Positions 8,586 to 19,091 of a DNA stretch of 64,000 nt are shown piece by piece. A program made the position numbers and the translations under genes. The stretch is from contig CAVXSV010000004.1 of NCBI GenBank assembly GCA_963764445.1, positions 133,534 through 197,533 of the forward strand. Reading direction: 5' to 3'. The notes beneath the pieces were generated by a model that worked only from the letters and a program-made list of their open reading frames with translations, did no database searches and was not told where the DNA came from. The stretch's first letter is position 1. Every line of letters begins with the position of its first letter. The DNA is from an uncultured Alphaproteobacteria bacterium (GTDB taxonomy: Bacteria > Pseudomonadota > Alphaproteobacteria > Rhizobiales > Xanthobacteraceae).

Positions 8586-8759
8586 ATGACCCAGCAGACC
8601 CAAACCCTCGGCAACGAGATCCACATCCTTACGTCAGACGAACTGGACGCCGTGTCCGGTGGCGCCAAGTCGCTTCACAACGAGTTTTCGATTGGCGGTT
8701 ACAAGATGACCATCGACGCGGACGCGGTGCACTATACCGTGGTGGTCACCGAGAAATAG
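8586..8759 (+). CDS. Double-glycine leader peptide precursor 2 (57 aa)
   Basis: AGGAGA RBS; leader ends LTSDELDAVSGG; 31-aa core homologous to precursor 1. Confidence 0.85.
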   Translation: MTQQTQTLGNEIHILTSDELDAVSGGAKSLHNEFSIGGYKMTIDADAVHYTVVVTEK

Positions 8760-8782
8760 CTTGCAGACGTCGGTGAGAGGGT

Positions 8783-8808
8783 TCAGGCGCCTGAGGTCGG
8801 GCGCCTGA
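8783..8808 (+). terminator. GC-rich hairpin after the peptide pair
   Basis: TCAGGCGCCT-GAGGTC-GGGCGCCTGA; no T tail. Confidence 0.45.
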
Positions 8809-9072
8809 CCGCCGTGTCTGTTGATCGACCCGGAAGCGGTCCTGCCAAGGTTCTGCGGAATCCCCCCATTGAGGGAGGTGGCTTGCCCTCCGGTCTCTCG
8901 AAAATCTCTCCGTATCCACCATATATTGCCCGAACATTAGGTCGGAGGCGCAACACCTTGGCCGACTTGATCTAATGTGCTATCTGGCTCGCGCCGCTTC
9001 GACCGCCCATAACGGTCGTTCGCACCCGGTCTGACGGGCTGCGCCGCCAAGGATATTCAGGATATTCCGTTC

Positions 9073-10375
9073 ATGAGTTCGTCCGCCAAAACCGCCTCCG
9101 CGCCCAACTCCTTCTTCACCGCGACCTTGGCCGAGGCCGATCCCGAGATCGCCGCCGCGATCAAGGGCGAACTCGGCCGTCAACGTCACGAGATCGAGCT
9201 GATCGCGTCGGAAAACATCGTGAGCCGGGCGGTTCTGGAAGCGCAGGGCTCGGTGATGACCAACAAATATGCCGAGGGCTATCCGGGCGCGCGCTATTAC
9301 GGTGGCTGCGAGTGGGTCGATGTCGCCGAGACGCTCGCGATCGAGCGGGCGAAGAAGCTGTTCGGTGCGCAGTTCGCCAACGTCCAGCCGAACTCCGGCA
9401 GCCAGATGAACCAGGCGGTATTTTTGGCGCTGCTGCAGCCCGGCGATACCTTCATGGGACTCGATCTGGCCGCTGGCGGCCACCTGACCCATGGCGCTCC
9501 GGTCAACATGTCCGGCAAGTGGTTCAAGGCGGTGCATTACACGGTGCGGCGTGAGGATCAGCTCATCGATATGGACGAGGTGGCGAAGCAGGCCGAGGAT
9601 ATCAGGCCGAAGCTGATCATCGCCGGCGGCTCAGCCTATTCGCGACCGTGGGACTTCAAGCGCTTCCGCGAGATCGCCGACAGCGTCGGCGCTTATCTTC
9701 TGGTCGATATGGCGCATTTCGCAGGCCTCGTGGCCGGCGGCGTCCATGCCTCGCCGGTCCCGCACGCTCATGTAACGACGACCACGACCCACAAGTCGCT
9801 GCGTGGCCCGCGCGGCGGACTGATCCTGCAGCAATGACGAGGCGCTCGCGAAGAAATTCAATTCGGCGATCTTTCCCGGCCTGCAGGGCGGCCCGCTGAT
9901 GCATGTGATCGCCGCCAAGGCGGTGGCGTTCGGCGAGGCGCTGCGCCCGGACTTCAAGATTTACGCCAAGAACGTCGTCGAGAACGCCAAGGCGCTGGCC
10001 GAAAGTCTGCGTGGCCACGGCTTCGATATCGTGTCCGGCGGCACCGACAATCACCTCATGCTGGTGGACCTGCGTCCCAAGGGTCTGAGAGGCAACGTTT
10101 CGGAAAAGGCGCTCGTGCGCGCGGCCATCACCTGCAACAAGAACGGCATCCCGTTCGATCCTGAAAAGCCGTTCGTGACCTCGGGCCTGCGTCTCGGTAC
10201 GCCGGCCGCCACGACGCGCGGCTTCGGGGTTGCCGAATTCAAGCAGGTCGGCGGCCTAATCGCGGAAGTGCTCAACGCCATCGCGCAGTCCGACGACGGC
10301 AAGGCCCCGCTGGTCGAGGCGGCGGTGAAGGAGAAGGTCAAGGCGCTGACCGGTCGCTTCCCGATTTACCAGAAG
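9073..10375 (+). CDS. glyA: Serine hydroxymethyltransferase (indel near 9830; stop apparently lost after FPIYQ)
   Basis: [38 protein letters not shown] across two frames. Confidence 0.97.
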
Positions 10376-10503
10376 ATGAGCGAACAGATTTCTGCCATGC
10401 GCGGGCTCCTGCGCATCTTGAAAACGATGGATTGCCGGGGCGCGAACGAACGTGCCGTTCTTTGAACGGCGATACCCGTCAATGACACGAGGGCGTTACG
10501 CGC

Positions 10504-10986
10504 ATGCGCTGCCCGAGCTGCAACAGTCTGGATACCCAGGTGAAGGATTCCCGGCCGACCGAGGATTCGGCTGTCATCCGCCGCCGGCGTGTTTGCATGG
10601 GCTGCAATTTCCGCTTTACGACGTTCGAGCGGGTGCAGTTGCGCGAACTGACGGTCATCAAGCGTAACGGGCGGCGGGTGCCGTTCGATCGCGACAAACT
10701 GGTGCGCTCGCTGCAAATCAGCCTGCGCAAACGGCCGGTCGATCCGGAGCGCGTCGAAACCATGGTGTCGGCTATCGTCCGCGAACTCGAGAGCGGAGGC
10801 GAGGCGGAGATTTCGTCCGAGACCATCGGTGAGATCGTGATGGAACATCTGCGGAGCCTCGACGATGTCGCCTATGTGCGCTTTGCCTCGGTCTACCGCA
10901 ATTTCCGGGAGGCCAAGGATTTTGAGACGGTCCTGGGTGAACTCTCCAGCGAAGACGACGCGCGGCCGGTGCCGCTGCGCAAATGA
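10504..10986 (+). CDS. nrdR: Transcriptional repressor NrdR
   Basis: MRCPSC...RRRRVC...RFTTFE, ATP cone, AYVRFASVY. Confidence 0.97.
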   Translation: MRCPSCNSLDTQVKDSRPTEDSAVIRRRRVCMGCNFRFTTFERVQLRELTVIKRNGRRVPFDRDKLVRSLQISLRKRPVDPERVETMVSAIVRELESGGEAEISSETIGEIVMEHLRSLDDVAYVRFASVYRNFREAKDFETVLGELSSEDDARPVPLRK

Positions 10987-12137
10987 TCTTCCGCATTCTG
11001 GAAGACCAGCACGGCGAAAAACTCCGCGAAGCCAAGGCCGCCGACTTGTATTTCATGCAATTGGCACTGGCGATGGGCCGCCGCGGCCTGGGCGCGAGCG
11101 CGCCCAATCCAGCCGTGGGTGCTGTCATCGTGAAAGACGATGTGATCGTCGGTCGCGGCTGGACGCAGCCGGGAGGGCGTCCGCACGCCGAAGTCGAAGC
11201 GCTGTGCCGCGCGGGTGAGGCGGCGCGCGGGGCGACGCTGTACGTCACGCTGGAGCCGTGTTCGCATGTCGGAAAAAAATCCCCGCCATGTGCCGATGCG
11301 GTGATCGCGGCTGGCATCACGCGTGTTGTGTCCGCAATCGAGGATCCCACTCCGGAAGTCGCGGGGCGGGGCCATGCGCGATTACGGGCCGCCGGAATAT
11401 CGGTTGATGTCGGACTTTGTGCAGTCGAGGCGGCTCACCACCATGCCGGACATTTCCGGCGGGTCCGGGACAAGCGCCCGCACGTCATCCTCAAGCTCGC
11501 GTTGTCCAGCGACGGAATGATCGGTGCGGCCGGAGGCATGCCCGTCGTCATTACGGGCGAGGCGGCCAAAGCGCGGGTGCATCTGTTGCGCGCGCAATGC
11601 AACGCCATTCTGGTCGGCATCGGCACCGTGCTGACCGACGATCCTCTCTTGACCTGTCGGCTTCCCGGCTTGGAAACGCGGTCGCCGGTGCGCGTGGTGC
11701 TGGATCGCGCACTGCGTATCTCGGGCACCAGCCGGCTGGTCCAGTCCGCGCGCGAAACACCGCTGTGGGTGATGGCATCAGATCTTGCTGAAGCGCCTGC
11801 AGCCATGAAACTCGGCGCCGCGGGTGCGCAGGTCATTCGCGTTCCGACCGCGCAGGGCAACCCCGGACTCGATCTTTCCGCCGTTCTGCGGGAATTGTCT
11901 GACAGAGGCATCACCCGCCTCTTAGTTGAGGGTGGCGCGCGGGTTGCCGCCTCATTCGTCACTGCCGATCTCGTCGATGAGGCTTGGCTGCTGCGCAGTC
12001 CAGATCCGATCGGCGACGATGGAGTGGCGGCGTTTGGCGCTTTGCCGCTGACCGCCATCACCGAGTCGCAGAAGTTCAAGGTTCGTGCTAGCGAGACGCT
12101 GGATCAAGACACCCTCGCGATTTACGAGCGTGTCTAA
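10983..12137 (+). CDS. ribD: Riboflavin biosynthesis deaminase/reductase
   Basis: PNPAVG, HAE, TLEPC..PPC, VEGG. Confidence 0.96.
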   Translation: MIFRILEDQHGEKLREAKAADLYFMQLALAMGRRGLGASAPNPAVGAVIVKDDVIVGRGWTQPGGRPHAEVEALCRAGEAARGATLYVTLEPCSHVGKKSPPCADAVIAAGITRVVSAIEDPTPEVAGRGHARLRAAGISVDVGLCAVEAAHHHAGHFRRVRDKRPHVILKLALSSDGMIGAAGGMPVVITGEAAKARVHLLRAQCNAILVGIGTVLTDDPLLTCRLPGLETRSPVRVVLDRALRISGTSRLVQSARETPLWVMASDLAEAPAAMKLGAAGAQVIRVPTAQGNPGLDLSAVLRELSDRGITRLLVEGGARVAASFVTADLVDEAWLLRSPDPIGDDGVAAFGALPLTAITESQKFKVRASETLDQDTLAIYERV

Positions 12138-12185
12138 ATCGAGTTACGTCGAAGCCGTTATCCTTGGCACTCGGGTCTGCATAGA

Positions 12186-12248
12186 GAAGACGTAGATGGC
12201 GGGCATAGGCAAGCGAGCGTCGTATGAACGGCTATGCCGGCCATGACG
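12186..12248. repeat. Degenerate Bradyrhizobium-type intergenic palindromic repeat
   Basis: AAGACGTAGATGGCGGGCATAG...CTATGCCGGCCATGACG, internal inverted repeat; resemblance to the dispersed family is from memory. Confidence 0.5.
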
Positions 12249-12272
12249 GTCGCGTACGATTCGAAGGTTCTT

Positions 12273-12884
12273 ATGTTCACCGGCATCGTGACAGACATCG
12301 GCGAGATCGAAAGTGTGACACCCACGGCGCAGGACCGGTTACACCGGCTCCGCATCCTCTGCCACTATGATCAAAGCACCGTCGTCGACGGCGCGTCCAT
12401 CGCGTGCAGCGGCGTGTGTCTGACTGTCGTCGCCTCTGGCGTCAGCGGCGGCCGGACTTGGTTCGATGTCGATGCCGGGGCGGAGACGCTCGGCATGACC
12501 ACGGCGAAGCATTGGGCGGCGGGGACGCGGCTCAATCTCGAACGCGCGCTGAAAATCGGTGACGAACTCGGCGGCCACATCGTCGCAGGCCACGCCGACG
12601 GCATCGCTACCGTCGTCGCGCGCGACGATCTGTCCGGCATGGCCCGTGTTGAATTGCGCACGACGCGGGAATTGGCGCGCTTCATCGCGACCAAAGGTTC
12701 GGTGACACTGGATGGCGTATCGCTGACGGTAAACGCCGTTCACGACATGTTGTTCTCCGTGCTCGTCATTCCGTACACCCTGAATGGCACCACGCTAGGC
12801 GGCTGGCGCGCCGGCAGCGAAGTCAATATCGAGGTCGATCTGATGGCGCGTTACGCGGCGCGGCTGAGCGCGAGATGCAGATAG
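12273..12884 (+). CDS. ribE: Riboflavin synthase
   Basis: MFTGIV N-terminus, NLERAL, GGHIVAGHADG, VNIEVD. Confidence 0.95.
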   Translation: MFTGIVTDIGEIESVTPTAQDRLHRLRILCHYDQSTVVDGASIACSGVCLTVVASGVSGGRTWFDVDAGAETLGMTTAKHWAAGTRLNLERALKIGDELGGHIVAGHADGIATVVARDDLSGMARVELRTTRELARFIATKGSVTLDGVSLTVNAVHDMLFSVLVIPYTLNGTTLGGWRAGSEVNIEVDLMARYAARLSARCR

Positions 12885-13091
12885 GTCACAAAGCTGCCAT
12901 GGTCGCGAGCTTTTTGCGACCGAGCGCGGAATCCATAACCCCGCCGGTCTTAACAAGATTCCGGGCCTGCGCCAAGCGGCGCATTCGGAATGATGCTGGT
13001 TTTTGCGAACGCTTTCCCACTCAGCGCTTGGCTTCCGCAAAGCTGCGACTACAAACGCCCGGCAATCGGACGAAATTCCAGCGGCAGAATG

Positions 13092-13583
13092 ATGGCAGAC
13101 GCACGGCGCGCAGCGCTCAAGGATCAGACCGACATCTCGGGCGCACGCGCGCTGATCGTCGAGGCGCGGTTCTACGACGATATCCAGGACGCGCTGCTCG
13201 ATGGCGCGGTCGTCGAATTAAAACGGGCTGGCGTCGACCATGATGTCATCACCGTTCCCGGCGCTCTGGAAATTCCGGCGGCAATTGCGATCGCACTCGA
13301 TGCGGCCGAACGGAATGGCAAGTCTTATGACGCTGTCATCGCGCTCGGCTGCGTGGTGCGTGGCGACACCATCCATTTTGAAATCGTCTCGATGGAATCC
13401 TCCCGCGCGCTGATGGATCTGTCGGTGGAGCGCCGAGTGCCGCTCGGCAACGGAATCATCACGGTCAATACGGATGCGCAGGCTTGGGCGAGGGCGCGTG
13501 CGAGCGAGTTGAACAAGGGCGGCGACGCGGCGCGGGCGGCGCTGGCGATGTTGCGAATCAAGCGCCGGTTGGCGAAGGCATAA
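13092..13583 (+). CDS. ribH: 6,7-dimethyl-8-ribityllumazine synthase
   Basis: [27 protein letters not shown]. Confidence 0.96.
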   Translation: MADARRAALKDQTDISGARALIVEARFYDDIQDALLDGAVVELKRAGVDHDVITVPGALEIPAAIAIALDAAERNGKSYDAVIALGCVVRGDTIHFEIVSMESSRALMDLSVERRVPLGNGIITVNTDAQAWARARASELNKGGDAARAALAMLRIKRRLAKA

Positions 13584-13590
13584 CAGCGCG

Positions 13591-14073
13591 ATGGCGGACA
13601 TCAAACAAAGCATCGACAAGAAGGCCAATAGGCGCGGCGCAGCGCGGCTCGCCGCGGTGCAGGCGCTGTATCAGATGGAGATCGGCGGCGCGGGAATCAA
13701 CGACATCTTCGCGGAGTTCGAAAGCCACTGGCTCGGCAGCGAAGTCGAAGGCGATAAATATCTTCCTGCCGAAGCTGCATTCTTTCGCGACGTGGTGGCC
13801 GGCGTGGTCCGCGACCAGACCAGGCTCGATCCATTGATCGACGATGCGCTGTCGAAGGGCTGGCCGCTGAAGCGGATCGACGCGATTCTGCGCGCCGTGC
13901 TGCGTGCAGGCTCATATGAACTGGAGCATCGCAAGGACGTTCCGGCGCGGGTCGTGGTGTCCGAATATGTCGATGTTGCTCATGCCTTCGTCGAGAAGGA
14001 TGAGACGGGCATGGTCAATGCGGTGCTCGATCAGATCGCACGCCGTTTCCGCGCCGACGAATTTGCGCGCTGA
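13591..14073 (+). CDS. nusB: Transcription antitermination factor NusB
   Basis: RGAARLAAVQALYQ, VNAVLD; follows ribH. Confidence 0.96.
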   Translation: MADIKQSIDKKANRRGAARLAAVQALYQMEIGGAGINDIFAEFESHWLGSEVEGDKYLPAEAAFFRDVVAGVVRDQTRLDPLIDDALSKGWPLKRIDAILRAVLRAGSYELEHRKDVPARVVVSEYVDVAHAFVEKDETGMVNAVLDQIARRFRADEFAR

Positions 14074-14242
14074 CCGGTGCCGGCGGCTTACTTGCACCTC
14101 TCTTATTGGGAGAGGTCGAACGACGATGGCGCATGAGGAACTGCGGTCTATCGATAAAGTGTAACCATTCCCAATCCTCAGCCCATGAGAGGGAACGCGG
14201 TGAGGACGCGGATGAGCAGATTAACCCAGATGGATCGAAAGC

Positions 14243-15215
14243 ATGCCCTCCGGTGAAGACGATCTGATCGCGCGTTACTTCATGCCGCTTGCGACCGAAT
14301 CCTGGCGCGCTGGGACTCGCCGACGACGCGGCTATTTTGAAAGGCGACGGCGATGATCTCGTGGTCACGACCGATGCCATTGTCGAAGGTGTGCATTTTC
14401 TCAGCAGTGATCCGCCGGAAACGGTCGCGAAGAAAGCCTTGCGGGTCAATCTCTCTGATCTCGCCGCCAAGGGGGCGACGCCTGCCGGGTTCGTCCTGAC
14501 GCTGGCATTGCGTGACGCCGATGAGAAATGGCTCGCGCCATTCGCGCGTGGGCTCGGCGACGACGCAACCGGGTTTCGTTGTCCGTTGCTTGGCGGTGAC
14601 ACAGTATCAACGCCCGGCCCGTTGATGATTTCCATCACCGCCTTTGGCCGCGTACCACCCGGCGGAATGGTCATGCGCGGCCGCGCGGAGCCGGGCGATC
14701 GCATCGTTGTCTCCGGCACGATCGGCGACGCGGCGCTCGGGCTAGCTGTTTTCACTGGAAAGGTGACGGTGAGCGATGCTGCAGTGCGCGAGACGTTGCT
14801 CGGCCGCTATCGGGTTCCGCAGCCGCGCATCGGCCTCGCAAAGGCGGTGCGGAATTACGCCCGCGCCGCGATGGACGTCTCCGATGGCCTGGCCGGCGAT
14901 CTCGCAAAACTGTGCGCGGCGTCCGGAGTTTCGGCGGTGATCGATGCCACGTCCGTTCCGCTGTCCCCGGCCGCACGCGGACTGATGACGCAGAGCAAGA
15001 CGAATGTCGAGACCGTGGTGAGTGGCGGCGACGATTACGAGATCCTGTGTACCATTCCGCAAGATCGCTTCGATGCCTTTGCCGCGGCAGCACGCGATGT
15101 TGGCGTTCCGGTGTCGTCGATCGGGGCGATTGTCGCGGGCACCAACGCTCCGAAGTGGCTTGACGCGGAAGGCAAGGAGATCGCGCTTCCGCAGCTCTCC
15201 TACAGCCATTTCTGA
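14243..15215 (+). CDS. thiL: Thiamine-phosphate kinase (indel near 14297)
   Basis: GEDDLIARYF, DDAA, NLSDLAAKGA, MDVSDGL, GGDDYE, YSHF. Confidence 0.93.
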
Positions 15216-15326
15216 ACGTGAAACGTATTCCGCAAAAGTGGAAATGCCTCAGACTCGCCTGACCGCGACGGCTCATGAAAACGCCCGGCGCAGAGGCCGG
15301 GCGTTGTTGCATTCGAGGAGACCGGT

Positions 15327-18300
15327 TCAGGTGCCGTTGCCGAATCGACGCGACCACCAACCCGCACGACGCGGTTGGGCTTCATTCGATGCATCCGGAG
15401 TCGGCTGTTGCGGCTCAGGCGTCGATGGCTCAGGCTCGCTGTGAACGACGGGTACCACCGGCGGCGCCTCTTCCGAGACGAAGCTGACCTTCTCGCGTAC
15501 CGTCGAGCGCCGGCGAGCGGCTTTTTCAGACTCTGCCACGACCTCATCTCTCGCCTGGGTCGGCGGACTTGTCATTTCCGGCTGCGGCGCTTGGTGCTTC
15601 GGCTGAGGTTCGGCTTCGTGCGTGCTGGTCTGCTGTTCAGGGGCGGACGAAACTGAGTCGAAGTCCGCGACGGCTTCGACAACTTCGGGCTGCTGAGGTG
15701 GGGCCGAGTTCGTCGGAAATCGAGCCGACAAGACCGTCTTCTGCGCCACCACGCCGACGGCGACCGCCACGGCGTCCACGACGACGTGGCCGTCGTTCTC
15801 CGTCCGGAGGCAGATCGGGCCGCGCTTCGCCGTCCTGGCCCCCGGTCTCTCCGCGGCAGTTTCGGTGTCGTCAGTCATAACGGTCGCCACTGCAAGTTCA
15901 CCGGCAGTCTGCACATTGTCGGCGCCTTCGTGGTCGCGCGCAGGCAGGCCGTCGCGGGCTTCCTCCGGAACGCGCACGCCGGGGCCGGCGGCGCTTGCGC
16001 TTGCGACCGTCACCATCGGCTTCGCTGCCCACTTGTTCGTCGGCGAGGCCTTCGGTTTCGTCGGTCTCGACCTTGGCTTCGATATCGAACGGTTCCTCAT
16101 CCTCATAGGTCGTCGTCGGCCTGTGGCGGGAATGCCGGAAAGCTGTGTGGCCAGCAGTGCTTTTGCTGCTTCCAGCGTATGCACCTGCTCGCCACGATCG
16201 ATGATGAAAGACTGCTGACCGGCGATCGAGGGATCGGCGATCACGGAGAGGCTGACCTTGAAGCCGTTTTCGAGGTCGCGCAGATGGCCGCGCTTGTGAT
16301 TGAGCACATATAGCGCAACATCAATGCGTGTCCGCACGACAAGGTTGTGCGTTGCGCCTTTCATCAGGACTTCCTCAAGGCTGCGCAGCAACTGCAACGC
16401 CACCGATGAAACCGAGCGGACATGGCCGCTGCCGCCGCAATGCTGACACGGCTCTGTCGAACTTTCGAGCATGCTGGCGCGGATGCGCTGGCGCGACATT
16501 TCCAAGAGGCCGAAGTGCGAGATGCGTCCGACCTGGATGCGTGCGCGATCGTGGCGCAGGCAGTCGCTGAGCTTGCGCTCCACCGCGCGGTCGTTGCGCT
16601 TCTCGTCCATGTCGATGAAGTCGATGACGATCAGGCCAGCGAGATCGCGCAGCCGCAACTGCCGGGCGACTTCCTCGGCGGCTTCGAGGTTGGTCTTGAG
16701 CGCGGTATCCTTGATGTGATGTTCGCGGGTCGAGCGGCCCGAGTTGACATCGATCGATACCAGCGCTTCGGTCTGGTTGATAACGAGGTAGCCGCCGGAG
16801 CGAAGCTGCACCGTCGGCGAGAACATCGCGTCGAGCTGGCTTTCGACACCCATGCGCGAGAACAACGGTTGGCCGTCGCGATACTGCTTTACCGCCCGGA
16901 CGTTGGACGGCATCAGCATCTTCATGAAATCGCGCGCCTCCTGATAACCGGCTTCGCCAGCCACCTGGATTTCGTCGACTTCCTTGTTGTAGAGATCGCG
17001 CAGCGAGCGCTTGATCAGCGAGCCCTCCTCATAGACGAGGGTCGGGGCCTGCGACCGCAAGGTCATGTCGCGCACGGTCTCCCACATGCGGATCAAATAC
17101 TCGAAGTCGCGCTTGATCTCCGGCTTGGTGCGCGAGGCGCCGGCAGTGCGCAGGATGATCCCCATGCCTTCGGGCACGTCGAGGTCCTGCACCACGTCCT
17201 TGAGCCGCGAACGGTCCTGCGCCGAGGTGATCTTGCGGCTGATGCCACCGCCGCGCGCAGTGTTGGGCATCAGCACGGCATAGCGGCCGGCCAGCGACAG
17301 ATAAGTCGTGAGCGCCGCGCCCTTGTTGCCGCGCTCCTCCTTGACCACCTGCACTAGCATCACCTGGCGGCGCTTGATGACTTCCTGGATCTTGTACTGA
17401 CGGCGCGGCCGGAAGGCGCGCTCGGGAACTTCCTCCAGCGCATCATCACCGCCAACGGATTCGACCTGCTCGTCTTCCTCGGCGTCGTCGTCATCGCCGT
17501 CGTCATCCTCGGGGTGGGCTTCCTCGCCACGGGATTCGACCTCATGAGGCTGACCGTCGCGGTTTTCCGCCTCGTGATCATGCATTTCACCGTGTGCTTC
17601 TCGGGCATGATCCTCAACAGGGGAAATTGCCGGTTCGGCGTGATCGGGTTCGGCGCCGCCATGATCGGGCGCCTCGAAGCCGGTCAGGCGATCCGGTGCC
17701 GCCGCGGGCAGGGCGTCGCCGGTGCCGTCATGTGTCTCTTCGTGATACTGGTGGACAACATGATCTCGATCCAGCGCGAAAGCGACGTCACGCGACTCGG
17801 GCGGATGATCAGCGTCGATCGCGCGATGGTCGGAGTCATGCGGATAGCTGTGCCCGATGCCGTCGCGCTCGTGCGGGTGATCGTGATCCGTGTGATCGTC
17901 GTGCGGATGATCGTGGTCCTGCGCCGCATGTTCCTGCGGGGCGTGATCATCCGATACGTATTCGTCGTGTGGCTGGCCGAACTGCGACGCCTCCTCCTGG
18001 CCCGCACCTTCGACAACGGCGCTCTGCACGCGTTCGCCATGACCGCGCCGGCGTGAGCTACGGTGCCGCGAACGGCGGCGGCCGGAACGGTTTTCCGACT
18101 CCTCCTCCGCCTCACGATGCGCGCGCTCGTCGGCTTCGATCAGCGCCTGACGGTCGGCAACTGGAATCTGATAGTAGTCGGGGTGGATTTCGCTGAACGC
18201 AAGGAAGCCGTGCCGGTTTCCGCCGTATTCGATAAACGCGGCTTGCAACGACGGCTCGACGCGGGTGACCTTGGCCAGATAGATGTTGCCGCGCAGTTGC

Positions 18301-18407
18301 TTGCGCTGGGCAGATTCGAAATCAAATTCCTCGACGCGATTGCCGCGGACCACGACGACCCGGGTCTCTTCCGGGTGGGTGGCGTCGATCAACATTTTGT
18401 TGGGCAT
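15327..18407 (-). CDS. rne: Ribonuclease E (compensating indels in the C-terminal region about 15690-16145)
   Basis: MLIDATHPEETRVVV, LRGNIY, EERGNKGAALTT, IDVNSG, IDFIDM, C-terminal RRAGWW. Confidence 0.97.
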   Translation of the reverse strand: MPNKMLIDATHPEETRVVVVRGNRVEEFDFESAQRKQLRGNIYLAKVTRVEPSLQAAFIEYGGNRHGFLAFSEIHPDYYQIPVADRQALIEADERAHREAEEESENRSGRRRSRHRSSRRRGHGERVQSAVVEGAGQEEASQFGQPHDEYVSDDHAPQEHAAQDHDHPHDDHTDHDHPHERDGIGHSYPHDSDHRAIDADHPPESRDVAFALDRDHVVHQYHEETHDGTGDALPAAAPDRLTGFEAPDHGGAEPDHAEPAISPVEDHAREAHGEMHDHEAENRDGQPHEVESRGEEAHPEDDDGDDDDAEEDEQVESVGGDDALEEVPERAFRPRRQYKIQEVIKRRQVMLVQVVKEERGNKGAALTTYLSLAGRYAVLMPNTARGGGISRKITSAQDRSRLKDVVQDLDVPEGMGIILRTAGASRTKPEIKRDFEYLIRMWETVRDMTLRSQAPTLVYEEGSLIKRSLRDLYNKEVDEIQVAGEAGYQEARDFMKMLMPSNVRAVKQYRDGQPLFSRMGVESQLDAMFSPTVQLRSGGYLVINQTEALVSIDVNSGRSTREHHIKDTALKTNLEAAEEVARQLRLRDLAGLIVIDFIDMDEKRNDRAVERKLSDCLRHDRARIQVGRISHFGLLEMSRQRIRASMLESSTEPCQHCGGSGHVRSVSSVALQLLRSLEEVLMKGATHNLVVRTRIDVALYVLNHKRGHLRDLENGFKVSLSVIADPSIAGQQSFIIDRGEQVHTLEAAKALLATQLSGIPATGRRRPMRMRNRSISKPRSRPTKPKASPTNKWAAKPMVTVASASAAGPGVRVPEEARDGLPARDHEGADNVQTAGELAVATVMTDDTETAAERPGARTAKRGPICLRTENDGHVVVDAVAVAVGVVAQKTVLSARFPTNSAPPQQPEVVEAVADFDSVSSAPEQQTSTHEAEPQPKHQAPQPEMTSPPTQARDEVVAESEKAARRRSTVREKVSFVSEEAPPVVPVVHSEPEPSTPEPQQPTPDASNEAQPRRAGWWSRRFGNGT

Positions 18408-19038
18408 TTTGGAGCTCATGTCGGCGGAGGGCGCATGGGACGGCGCGCGCACTCCGCGCGGCCGGGAGATGCGAGGGTCCACCTGATTCGGGGGTGAGGG
18501 GAAGGCCACAACGCGATCCGAGGCGCCGTACCGAACCTGTTCCCGGCGTGACGCGGCGCACGAAGCTTTCACTTCGCGTCGGCGCGGTCTTTGCGAGGAT
18601 ATTGGTCGGCTTTAAATTCTGGCGCATCAGGCGTTGGCCCGTCTGAACAGGTTGGCGGCAAAAGCACCGCCATGTATCTCGCTGCCGGACCGACGCGGCG
18701 CCAAAGCGCCTGTCGGGTGTCGTATTGTGGCCGCAGGGCCGAGACAATCGGTCATGATGTGTCTGAAGCTGCCCCTGGCGCAGAATCGTGACCTGGGACC
18801 GTACGCCACTCGGGCTTGAAACCGCCTCTCCGAGTCGGCCGCGCGCTGCGCTGGCTGTGGAGAGAGTCGGAAAACGCAGGAGCTTCTAGCAGTTTGAAGC
18901 CCCGCGCGGCACCGGGAGGCTGAACGCGACACAACCCGCAGTTTAACCGTCAGCACTAACTTACATACGTTGATTGGTTGCCGCTTGCAAGGGAAGCGTC
19001 GCCAGCCGGCAACACCCGGCCATATTCGCCACGGGGAC

Positions 19039-19053
19039 TTAAGCTCCGATTAA
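19039..19053 (+). promoter_or_regulatory. Perfect CtrA box TTAA-GCTCCGA-TTAA(C)
   Basis: Exact consensus just upstream of the amidase gene. Confidence 0.7.
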
Positions 19054-19091
19054 CCCTGCGGTCCTAATGCGGTAAGAGGCAGCTCGGAGGC

